A DNA stretch of 64,000 bases, taken from the NCBI GenBank assembly GCA_948468315.1, contig CAOKHL010000005.1, positions 25,971 through 89,970 of the forward strand. The letters run 5' to 3'. A program made the translations under genes and the position numbers. Shown in pieces: positions 19,429 to 27,690 of the stretch. The stretch's first letter is position 1, and every line of letters begins with the position of its first letter. Under the pieces are notes generated by a model. It had not been told where the DNA came from. It saw only the letters and a program-made list of their open reading frames with translations, and did no database searches. The stretch comes from an uncultured Eubacteriales bacterium. Its GTDB lineage: Bacteria > Bacillota > Clostridia > TANB77 > CAG-508.

Positions 19429-20418
19429 TTATTTACTTATTTTTTCATACAAATATTGCATATGTTTATATACACCATTTCCCCAATTTTTATCTGTTGC
19501 ATACTTTTTATTTACTCCTGAAATTGTATTTCCATTATAATATTTTCCAGAAGCTACTTGTCCATCATAAATTGATGTTCCTGATGGGTTTATGTAATAT
19601 TTAACTAATACTCTTGCAATCAAATCTATTGATTCTGAATAACTAGAGAATGAATATGCTCCATTATACGGATTTGAATCATATGCTCCATATCCAAATA
19701 AATTATATTTATTTTTGGCTAATTTTGATGTTCCCCATGCACTTTCATGTATTCCAAGTGCTGCAACAAACATACCATTTATATTGTACTGTTCCTCTAT
19801 ATAATAAAAATATTCGTAATTATCTTGAAAAATTTTATTAACATCTTTGCTGTCTGTCAAAGCTTTCTTAAATTGTTCTCTTGATAATCCTGATGGTCTA
19901 TTTAAAGCTATATCAAAAGATAAATTTGTTGAATTACTTTCATATTTGGTTTTTTCTGGTTCTACATATATTTTGGTTCCAATATCTATTATTTTATTTA
20001 TTGAAGACTTTGTTACAACACAACTTACTTGTTCTTCACTTATTATGTTTCCATCATTATCATATGTTCTTTTCATTGTTATAGTTTGAACACCATTTTT
20101 TCCTTCTTGAAAAACTTGTGTATTTCCAACATATAAATCATTATTATTTCTATATTTTGTTATATATTCAAGTTCTTCTTGTTTTTCATATATTTCTTCT
20201 TTACTATTTAATTGTTTTGTGTTCTTTTGTATTATCTCCTCTAAGTTTATACTTGGTGCCTTGCTTATTTGTATATTGTTCGCTTTCATTCTTGTTTCAT
20301 TTGTAGCATATATCTCTTTATTTGATATAAACTTAATATAAATTGCAATTATTAAAAGTGTAATTGCAATTATTATAACTAAAATCTTACTAATTTTTTG
20401 CTTTTCTTTTGCACTCAT
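19429..20418 (-). CDS. Cell-wall hydrolase: TM anchor, G5 domain and mannosyl-glycoprotein endo-beta-N-acetylglucosaminidase domain
   Basis: An AGGTGA RBS lies before the ATG at 20418. G5-like block (GKNGVQTITMKRTYDNDGN...IDIGTK). Glucosaminidase block (FVAALGIHESAWGTSKLAKNKYNLFGYGAYD). Confidence 0.7.
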   Translation of the reverse strand: MSAKEKQKISKILVIIIAITLLIIAIYIKFISNKEIYATNETRMKANNIQISKAPSINLEEIIQKNTKQLNSKEEIYEKQEELEYITKYRNNNDLYVGNTQVFQEGKNGVQTITMKRTYDNDGNIISEEQVSCVVTKSSINKIIDIGTKIYVEPEKTKYESNSTNLSFDIALNRPSGLSREQFKKALTDSKDVNKIFQDNYEYFYYIEEQYNINGMFVAALGIHESAWGTSKLAKNKYNLFGYGAYDSNPYNGAYSFSSYSESIDLIARVLVKYYINPSGTSIYDGQVASGKYYNGNTISGVNKKYATDKNWGNGVYKHMQYLYEKISK

Positions 20419-20481
20419 AAAATCACCTAGTGTTATTGTAATATTTTGTATTATTTTTGTCAATAGAAAAAAATAACATCA

Positions 20482-20527
20482 GACAAAAGGGACAGGTCTT
20501 TCTTCGAAAAGACCTGTCCCTTTTGTC
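20482..20527. repeat. REP-like palindrome (GGGACAGGTC family), probable terminator
   Basis: 19-bp perfect stem gacaaaagggacaggtctt / aagacctgtcccttttgtc. It lies immediately 3' of the PPIase gene, and the stem ends in a T/A run on both strands. Confidence 0.7.
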
Positions 20528-20534
20528 CTTTAAA

Positions 20535-21377
20535 TTATTCATTATATGGTAATCCATACATTCCATATAGCCATTGAGTATAATTAAAAGGTTTTAATGT
20601 TTGTGGCTTTTTATATTCTACTCCTGATGTTTCTACTGATATAGTTTTTATTATTACATCATTTACTGGTGTTGATATTTCTTTTGATGAACTATCATTT
20701 TCTGTTTCTTGATTTTCACTATCTGCTGCTTTACATTCTACATTTGCTATTTCTTTGATAACTTCCATTCCTTCTATTACTTTTCCAAATCCAGCATAAT
20801 ATCCACTTAAATTTGTATGTTCATTTGTTGTCATTATGAAAAATTGTGAGCCTGCTGAATTATATGATTCACTTGTTAATGTAGATGAATAGGCTGTATA
20901 GTCTCCCCTTGCCATTGCAATTGTTCCTTCTGTTAGGTTAAGGTCATTTTTAGTATACCCATTTGCCATAAATTCTCCTGGAATTGTGTAATCATCAGAA
21001 CCTTTTGCTTCTTCTCCATTTGAATATTTATATGTTGCATTTTCATCATCATTGTTATATAAATCTGTAAATTTTGGAGAACCTGTTCCGTTTCCAGCAG
21101 AATCTCCTCCTTGAATCATGAAATCTTTTACTATTCTATGAAATTTTAACCCATTATAAAAACCATTATTAGCTAATGTTATAAAATTATTAACTGTTTC
21201 TGGTGCTTTATCTGGATATAATTCAATTTTTACTGTCCCAAAGTTTTCTACTTCCATTGTAACTATTGGATTAGAGATATTTAGTGTTTGTTTTTTATAA
21301 TATCCAAAAACTAAAGTTCCTAATATTATAAGTACCAATATTAATGCTATTCCCCAAAATATATTTTTCTTGTTCAT
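20535..21377 (-). CDS. Membrane-anchored cyclophilin-type peptidyl-prolyl isomerase
   Basis: Contains FHRIVKDFMIQGGD and GSQFFIM motifs, with an N-terminal TM helix. Confidence 0.85.
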   Translation of the reverse strand: MNKKNIFWGIALILVLIILGTLVFGYYKKQTLNISNPIVTMEVENFGTVKIELYPDKAPETVNNFITLANNGFYNGLKFHRIVKDFMIQGGDSAGNGTGSPKFTDLYNNDDENATYKYSNGEEAKGSDDYTIPGEFMANGYTKNDLNLTEGTIAMARGDYTAYSSTLTSESYNSAGSQFFIMTTNEHTNLSGYYAGFGKVIEGMEVIKEIANVECKAADSENQETENDSSSKEISTPVNDVIIKTISVETSGVEYKKPQTLKPFNYTQWLYGMYGLPYNE

Positions 21378-21477
21378 TTTTCTTATTCCTCCCTATATTC
21401 GTTTATACAATCATTAAATTTTATATAATTGATTGCTCACTATATTCCGATTCAAAAAAATCTTTGTTATTTTATAC

Positions 21478-22554
21478 CTAATTTATTATATTGTCAAATA
21501 CAAATTGTTCTTGCATTCTTTTTAATGATGTTTTTATATTTCTTGCTCTTACTTCTCCAATCCCCTCTACATTATCTAACTCTTCTATACTAGCATCTAT
21601 AATGTGTTGAAGAGATTTGAAACTTTGAGTTAAGTTTTCAACAATATTGCTTGGCATTCTTGGAATTTTATTAAGTATTCTATATCCTCTAGTATAAACA
21701 TATGCTTCATCAAAGTCAGAAAATATATCATATCCTAATATTTTAGCAATATTTTGATCTTTAAGTAATTCTTCATAAGATAAATTCGAAATTTCTTCTA
21801 AAATTTCTCCAGATGTTTTATCTTCTATTATTGAATAATCTTTTATTATTAATTCTTCTTCTTTTTCTATTCCACCCATTAATTGCTCTAGTTGCATATC
21901 GACTAGTCTTCCATCTTCACCTAATTCTGCAATTTGTTTTTCTATTTCATCTACTATTTGCATTACCATTTCGGCTCTTTGTATTACACTTAGGACATTT
22001 TCCAATGTTACAATATCATTAAATTCATATTCATTTAAAATGTTTAGTTTACTGTCAAATACTTTTTTATATTTTTCCAATGTTTGAATTGCCTGATTTG
22101 CTTTATTTAATACCACTTCTGTGTCTTCTAATATATATCTTTCATTGTCTATAAATATTGTTATTATATTTCTTCTTTGTGAGATACTAATTACAAGCTC
22201 TCCTGTTTGCTTTGCAGTTCTTTCAGCAGTTCTATGTCTTGTTCCTGTTTCAACTGTTTGTATATCACTTGATGGTATAAGTTCTGCATTTGCAAATAAT
22301 ATTCTTTTCATATCTCCACTTAATACTATTGCACCATCCATTTTTGCAAGTTCATAAAGTTTTGATGATGTATATTCTTCATTTATACAAAAACCACCAT
22401 CTACTATTTGTTTTATAAATTCTTCATTGTCAGTAAAAAGTAACAATGCTCCTGTTCTTGCTTTTAATATGTTTTCTAAACCATCTCTTATAGGTGTTCC
22501 TGGAGCTATCTTTTTTAAAATCTCTGTTATTTTGTCATCTTTTTTCTGTCTCAA
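21478..22554 (-). CDS. disA: DNA integrity scanning protein DisA (diadenylate cyclase)
   Basis: 358 aa. DAC domain (DGAIVLS..., GTRHRTAER) and a C-terminal HhH (VEGIGEVRARNI). Confidence 0.9.
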   Translation of the reverse strand: MRQKKDDKITEILKKIAPGTPIRDGLENILKARTGALLLFTDNEEFIKQIVDGGFCINEEYTSSKLYELAKMDGAIVLSGDMKRILFANAELIPSSDIQTVETGTRHRTAERTAKQTGELVISISQRRNIITIFIDNERYILEDTEVVLNKANQAIQTLEKYKKVFDSKLNILNEYEFNDIVTLENVLSVIQRAEMVMQIVDEIEKQIAELGEDGRLVDMQLEQLMGGIEKEEELIIKDYSIIEDKTSGEILEEISNLSYEELLKDQNIAKILGYDIFSDFDEAYVYTRGYRILNKIPRMPSNIVENLTQSFKSLQHIIDASIEELDNVEGIGEVRARNIKTSLKRMQEQFVFDNIIN

Positions 22555-22570
22555 CCTAAACTCTCTCCTT

Positions 22571-23296
22571 TTAACTTAATTCAATAATTGCATGTAAAAT
22601 ACTATCATCATAACTTTTTATTGTAATTATATATTTACCATCTTTTTTTGTATAATAACATTTTACATTTTCTCCTAAAAGTATTTGATGTTTATACATT
22701 ATCCTAATATTCTTGTTTTCCTCTCCAAAATACACTTCTTCTGGTAATGTTTCATAAGCTAATTTCAAATAATTTAAGTTGTGCATATGTTTGTTTATAT
22801 CTATATCAGCCCTTTTTACCTCATAGTTTAGTTGTAAATCTTTATCTTCTGGTTCCTTAATTTTTGAAATTTCATTTTCTTCAAAAACCTGCTTATTTTC
22901 TGCATTATAAAGTGCTATTATATCATCTGTAATTTTTCCAATCTTATTAATTTCTAAATCAAACAATACCCATTTAGATGTTGCAATAGCAACTTTATTC
23001 TCTCCATCAAAAACTTCAAAATCACGATATGTATAAAATAAATGCTTCTCCAAAGGTCTTGCCCATGTTTTTATTTTTAAAGTATCACCATATTTAGGCC
23101 TTTCGAAAACTTTTAACTTCCAATCCATCAAAAGCCATACTTTCTTTTTAGTTTCTATATCATTTACTCCATATCCAACTACATTTGAATGTGTACTTGC
23201 TATCTCTTCTAAAAAACTCAAAAATCCCAAATTGGTCATTTGATTATTTATACCAATATCTTTAACTCCAACTGCATATTCTCTCTCAAATTTCAT
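22571..23296 (-). CDS. Acyl-ACP thioesterase
   Basis: 241 aa with double hot-dog organisation and the N-terminal pattern YAVGVKDIGINNQMTNLGFLSFLEEIA. Confidence 0.75.
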   Translation of the reverse strand: MKFEREYAVGVKDIGINNQMTNLGFLSFLEEIASTHSNVVGYGVNDIETKKKVWLLMDWKLKVFERPKYGDTLKIKTWARPLEKHLFYTYRDFEVFDGENKVAIATSKWVLFDLEINKIGKITDDIIALYNAENKQVFEENEISKIKEPEDKDLQLNYEVKRADIDINKHMHNLNYLKLAYETLPEEVYFGEENKNIRIMYKHQILLGENVKCYYTKKDGKYIITIKSYDDSILHAIIELS

Positions 23297-23314
23297 TAAA
23301 ATTACCTCATTTTT

Positions 23315-23433
23315 CTATTTCCCTGTTTAGTGCCGGTTCTTTTTTGGGGATTTAGCTATTTCCTTGTTAGGGGCCGGTTCTTTTTTGGGGATTTAGCTAT
23401 TTCCCTGTTAAGGGCCGGTTCTTTTTCTGGGAA
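23315..23433. repeat. Three tandem ~42-bp units of the CCGGTTC(T)n repeat family
   Basis: The unit tatttccctgtt(t/a)ag(t/g)gccggttcttttttggggatttagc occurs three times. The pgi stop codon lies in the terminal gggaatta block. Confidence 0.8.
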
Positions 23434-24750
23434 TTATTTTTTGTCTGTAAACCCAGGTTTTTCAAGTAGTCTAAACATATTTCTTTTATATTCTTCTACG
23501 CCTGGTTGGTTAAATGGGTTTACATTTAGTAGGTTTCCAGACATTGCACATGATAATTCAAAGAAATATATTAATCCTCCTAAGTTTTCTTCATCTAATT
23601 TTTCCATTTTTACAATTATATTTGGAACTCCCCCTGAAACATGTGCTTCTATTGTTCCTTCCATTGCTTTTTTATTTACATAGTCCAAATCTTTTCCTGC
23701 TAAATAGTTTAATCCATCTAAATTGTCCTCATCTTTGTTTATTGTTATATTTGATTTAGGACTTTCTATACATAATACTGTTTCAAATAGATTTCTTAAA
23801 CCTTGTTGCATATATTGTCCCATTGAATGTAAGTCTGCTGTTAGGTCTATTCCTGCTGGGAATATTCCTTTTTGGTCTTTTCCTTCACTTTCTCCATATA
23901 ATTGTTTTAACCATTCTGTCATATAATGCATTTTTGGTTCATAATTTGCGTAAACTTCAATCGTTTTTCCTTGATTATATAAAATGTTTCTTATTACTGC
24001 ATATTGGTAACATTCATTGTATTTTAATTTATCATCATTATAATTATCTTGAGCAAGTTTTGCTCCTTTCATTAATTTTTCTATGTCTATTCCTGAAACT
24101 GCTATTGGTAAAAGCCCTACTGGTGTTAATACTGAAAATCTTCCACCTACATTATCTGGAATTACAAATGTTTCATATCCTTCTTCATTAGATAATGTTT
24201 TTAATGCTCCTCTTTCTTTATCTGTTGTAACATAAATTCTGCTTCTAGCTTCATCTATTCCATATTTGTTTTCCAATATCTCTCTAAAAATTCTAAATGC
24301 TATTGCTGGCTCTGTTGTTGTTCCTGATTTTGATATAACATTTATTGAAAAGTCTTTATCTCCAATAACTTCTATTAATTCATTTATATAATTTGGACTT
24401 AAATTGTTTCCTACAAATAACACTAGTGTATGTTTTCTTTGTTTTAATGTTTGCATACTATAGAATGAACTATTTAGTGCTTCAATAACTGCTCTTGCTC
24501 CTAAATAAGACCCTCCTATTCCTATTACTACAAGAATATCTGAGTCTTTATTTATTCTTTTTGCAGCTGTTTGAATTTTTTTGAATTCTTTTTTGTCATA
24601 ATTACTTGGTAATTCTAACCAACCTACAAAGTCTTCTTGTTTATCTGCTCTTCTGTGTAAATCTTTATGTATATTTTCCACTTGTTCTTTATATTTCATT
24701 ATTTCCTTTTTATCTATTCCTACTTTTTCAAAGTCAATTTTTATTTCCAT
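23434..24750 (-). CDS. pgi: Glucose-6-phosphate isomerase
   Basis: 438 aa, Firmicute-type PGI ([26 protein letters not shown]). Confidence 0.95.
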   Translation of the reverse strand: MEIKIDFEKVGIDKKEIMKYKEQVENIHKDLHRRADKQEDFVGWLELPSNYDKKEFKKIQTAAKRINKDSDILVVIGIGGSYLGARAVIEALNSSFYSMQTLKQRKHTLVLFVGNNLSPNYINELIEVIGDKDFSINVISKSGTTTEPAIAFRIFREILENKYGIDEARSRIYVTTDKERGALKTLSNEEGYETFVIPDNVGGRFSVLTPVGLLPIAVSGIDIEKLMKGAKLAQDNYNDDKLKYNECYQYAVIRNILYNQGKTIEVYANYEPKMHYMTEWLKQLYGESEGKDQKGIFPAGIDLTADLHSMGQYMQQGLRNLFETVLCIESPKSNITINKDEDNLDGLNYLAGKDLDYVNKKAMEGTIEAHVSGGVPNIIVKMEKLDEENLGGLIYFFELSCAMSGNLLNVNPFNQPGVEEYKRNMFRLLEKPGFTDKK

Positions 24751-24913
24751 AATATCAACCTTCTTTCCTTTTTTTGTTTATTTTATATCAATTCTTTGAA
24801 ATTCGCAACATCTTTTTTAGAAAATATGTAAATTTTTCGAGTCATTCTTTTTGTTTATTTAAAACATATGAATCAAAAAAGTATTTGACATACAATAAAA
24901 ACTAATTTGTTAA

Positions 24914-24947
24914 TAAAAAAACAAGTATATCAATACTAATATACTTG
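24914..24947 (-). terminator. Intrinsic terminator after rpmA
   Basis: Stem caagtatat / atatacttg, followed on the minus strand by a T7-8 run. Confidence 0.6.
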
Positions 24948-24956
24948 CTTTCCATA

Positions 24957-25244
24957 TTATTCAGCAACTTTTGCAGTTACCTTTTCTTCTACTACTGGGT
25001 AAACACTAACTTTTTTCTTGTCTTTACCTTTTCTTTCAAATTTAACAGTTCCATCAACTAAAGAAAATAAAGTGTCATCACTTCCAATTCCTACATTTGT
25101 TCCTGGATATATTTTTGTTCCTCTTTGTCTTACAAGAATGTTTCCTGCTAAAACAAATTGACCATCTGCTCTTTTTACACCAAGACGTTTAGATTCACTA
25201 TCTCTACCGTTTCTTGTACTACCTTGACCAACGTGATGTGCCAT
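24957..25244 (-). CDS. rpmA: 50S ribosomal protein L27 (no Prp-type N-terminal extension)
   Basis: [25 protein letters not shown]. The ATG at 25244 lies 9 nt after a GGAGG. The TTG at 25253 abuts the RBS and was rejected as the start. Confidence 0.95.
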   Translation of the reverse strand: MAHHVGQGSTRNGRDSESKRLGVKRADGQFVLAGNILVRQRGTKIYPGTNVGIGSDDTLFSLVDGTVKFERKGKDKKKVSVYPVVEEKVTAKVAE

Positions 25245-25311
25245 TTTTTTCAACTCCTTCCAGTTTTAAAAATTCTATCTCTAATCCATTAAATTACAAA
25301 TTTAACTTTAA

Positions 25312-25674
25312 TTATGCCTCTACTTTTTCAGCAACTTCTTTTTTTGCTTCTGCTTTTTTAGCAGCTGTTTTGATTGATGTTATTTCAACCTTTGTGTATG
25401 GTTGTCTATGTCCTCTTTTTGTTCTCTCGTTCTTTTTAGCTTTCATTTTGAAAACTATTATTTTCTTAGCTTTTCCGTGAGAAACTACTTTTCCTTCAAC
25501 CTTTACACCTTTAACATAAGGATTTCCTACTTGTACTTTTCCTTCTTCTGATACCATTACTACATTATCAAATGTTACTTTTTTTCCTTCTTCAGCATCT
25601 AACTTTTCGAAAAATACTACATCTCCTTCTGATACTTTGTATTGTCTTCCACAGCTTTCAATTATTGCGTACAT
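25312..25674 (-). CDS. rplU: 50S ribosomal protein L21 with a Lys/Ala-rich C-terminal tail
   Basis: [20 protein letters not shown]... is canonical L21. Confidence 0.95.
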   Translation of the reverse strand: MYAIIESCGRQYKVSEGDVVFFEKLDAEEGKKVTFDNVVMVSEEGKVQVGNPYVKGVKVEGKVVSHGKAKKIIVFKMKAKKNERTKRGHRQPYTKVEITSIKTAAKKAEAKKEVAEKVEA

Positions 25675-25772
25675 TTAAAATGCACCTCCCTTATTTGTAT
25701 ACTCGCTAATCCTCAATAAAGGTAGTTACAAGCTTTTGCAACATTTATGTACCTTGATTAAGCGGATTACAG
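25675..25772 (-). promoter_or_regulatory. Structured 5' leader of rplU (possible L21-leader type element)
   Basis: About 98 nt between the predicted TSS and the ATG. It contains nested helices (aaggta/tacctt enclosing guugcaa/uuguaac). The position matches the L21 leader known in low-GC Gram-positives; the class is not verified. Confidence 0.4.
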
Positions 25773-25778
25773 TTAAAT

Positions 25779-25807
25779 ATTATACTATATATTTTTGAGG
25801 TTGTCAA
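25779..25807 (-). promoter_or_regulatory. Consensus sigma-A promoter for rplU-rpmA
   Basis: On the minus strand: TTGACA, a 17-nt spacer, then TATAAT. Confidence 0.75.
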
Positions 25808-25906
25808 TCAATTTTGGTATTTTTTTCAAAGTAGATATAAAATATGTTAAAATCTGAATAAAATCACTATTATAGTAATTTTATTCAGATTAAGCTTTTT
25901 GTATTT

Positions 25907-27229
25907 TTATTTATTAATATTTCTTATTTCCCAACCAACACTACTATTATAATTTGTATTTGTATTTATTACACTAGCAGGTAATGTTACTATAGGTCGA
26001 ATTGCTGCACTTTCTGGATCAGTAAAATAGTTTGATGACATCATATCAGTACAAATTACACCTTTTCCCACACTATACATTGCAAACATATTACTCTCTT
26101 CATCCAATATATAACTAGCTCTAGAAGCTAAATAATAATATCCACCTGTTCCGAAAAAAATATTAGCGTAAAATTCGTTAGATTCATTTTGATCTCTAGT
26201 AGTAACTTGTTTTAAATTAGGTTTTAAATTTTCTTCATTCATACTCCATCTTGTTTGAGTAATTATAATATCTCTAAGCTGTGTCTCTACTGTAACTTTC
26301 TTCTTAGTTGTTAAAGGATTTTGTTTACTTACTAAATTTATTTCATTATAAGATTCCCACTCAGCTGGAAAAGATCTACCTTTAACCATATTTAATGGAC
26401 ATGTATATTTTTCTCCATAAGAAATATAATTGCCACTAGCACCATATTCTTCTCTATACTTTTCATAAGCTTTCTTTCCATCTTCTCCAACTGTCATTAT
26501 ATTTTGTATATCTTCTATTTGCATGCTTCTTGCTGTTGCTCCAATTAAAGAGTTTCCATATAAACTATTGCAAAAATTATTTAATAAAACAACTCCATTT
26601 TGATATCCCAAAGCATCATATAAATAAACTGTATTTTCTGTTGGTTTTAAACTGATTAAATCTACAGTTCCTGCTTCTTCATTTTTATCTAATATAACCC
26701 ATTTTAAATCTTCTTGTTGTATTACTTGGTTACTATTATATCCTGAATATATTTTTTCAAATTCGTAAGATTTTTGTTCTGTTTGTGGTTTGTAATTCAC
26801 ATAATCCCCTATTTCTAGTTTACCAATATCTCCTGGTTCATCTGGAACTTCAGGTATTGTTGTTTCATATCTAAAATCTATTATTCTACTTCCTATTTTT
26901 ACTTCTCCTTGTGTTTCGATATCTTCTCTTTCTTTTGGTGTTATCAATTTTTGACTTTCTAATTCATCTAATAATTCTGCTAAAGTTTTAACTGTAATAC
27001 CTGCCACATATTTACTCGTTTCTATGTCTGACTTCCACAAATCTCTTGCTTCCTGCACATTTGCCCCTCTTGTTTCTAATTTTGCTTCAGTAGCTCTTTT
27101 TAACACTCCATTATCCATAATTAAAGTTGAAATTGTTATAGCCGAAAGTATTAAAAGTACAATAATTGTTACTAATAATGCTATAAGTGTTATTCCTTTT
27201 TCTTTGTTTTCTCTTACTCTTTTTTTCAT
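25907..27229 (-). CDS. Large secreted protein with a type IV pilin-like N-terminal segment
   Basis: The N-terminus is KEKGITLIALLVTIIVLLILSAITISTL (a G followed by a hydrophobic helix, with no Glu at +5). The rest has no recognisable domain. Confidence 0.5.
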   Translation of the reverse strand: MKKRVRENKEKGITLIALLVTIIVLLILSAITISTLIMDNGVLKRATEAKLETRGANVQEARDLWKSDIETSKYVAGITVKTLAELLDELESQKLITPKEREDIETQGEVKIGSRIIDFRYETTIPEVPDEPGDIGKLEIGDYVNYKPQTEQKSYEFEKIYSGYNSNQVIQQEDLKWVILDKNEEAGTVDLISLKPTENTVYLYDALGYQNGVVLLNNFCNSLYGNSLIGATARSMQIEDIQNIMTVGEDGKKAYEKYREEYGASGNYISYGEKYTCPLNMVKGRSFPAEWESYNEINLVSKQNPLTTKKKVTVETQLRDIIITQTRWSMNEENLKPNLKQVTTRDQNESNEFYANIFFGTGGYYYLASRASYILDEESNMFAMYSVGKGVICTDMMSSNYFTDPESAAIRPIVTLPASVINTNTNYNSSVGWEIRNINK

Positions 27230-27317
27230 TTTTTCCCCCTTTTATTTCATTAAACAAAATATCCAATAATAAATTTTAATATTACATATAATTGTAACTT
27301 TAATTAAAATAAAAAAC

Positions 27318-27531
27318 ATCCCCGCCTTAGCCGTAAGATATTAATGAATTTTTAATAACCTGCCTCCTCAAAAAACAGGTGGGTGCCAACCTTAATACTC
27401 CTGGGCTTCTTATGACATTTAAGAAATAAGCATGCACGCCATATCAAGAGATAAGCCCCGCTTAAAACTTGTAGGTTCTAAAAATTCTGTCTACACGCAC
27501 TATGCATGGTAGTTTTTCTACCTTATTAAGT
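27318..27531 (-). ncRNA. GC-rich structured RNA candidate (long 5' leader/riboswitch-like element or sRNA), class unknown
   Basis: A local G+C island in an AT-rich spacer. An upstream minus-strand promoter reads TTGAAA-17-TGtTATTAT (27539-27567). There are two hairpin-plus-T6 sites (about 27371-27405 and 27311-27340). No tRNA, tmRNA, RNase P or SRP signature was seen. Confidence 0.3.
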
Positions 27532-27690
27532 TATTTTTATAATAACATGATTTTTACTATTTTTCAAATACAAAATTTTTTATTTTGTATTGATTTAAGC
27601 ATTAATATTATTATTTCTCATTTTTTATCTGTTATTCTTACTTTAACAGTATATTTTGATACTTGATTTTTGCCCTTTAATATGAATAAC

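Noticed and set aside
23330-23683. The plus-strand 117-aa ORF, and the idea that the 42-bp tandem repeats at 23315-23433 are a CRISPR array.
   Set aside because: The ORF is simply the translation of the tandem repeats followed by the antisense of pgi. The units are contiguous with no unique spacers, and no cas genes are present, so I classed the region as an intergenic repeat array.
25245-25253. The TTG start that gives L27 an MKK extension.
   Set aside because: The TTG directly abuts the GGAGG RBS with no spacer. The ATG at 25244 has proper spacing and yields the canonical MAH... N-terminus.
27273-27298. attttaatattacatataattgtaac, considered as a third (solo terminal-repeat) copy of the MITE.
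   Set aside because: It shares only the two ends of the MITE arm (attttaatat...aattgtaac). It is 26 bp of AT-rich sequence, which is too short to distinguish from chance.
27318-27531. Assigning the GC-rich island to tRNA, tmRNA, RNase P, SRP RNA or 6S RNA.
   Set aside because: It has no T-loop GGTTCGAAT-type motif, no tmRNA tag or CCA end, no GAGGAAAGUCC (RNase P) and no GGAAG..AGCA SRP domain IV motif. A resemblance to the 6S central-bubble sequence rests only on my memory of one sequence, and I could not fold a closing stem. The class is therefore left open.
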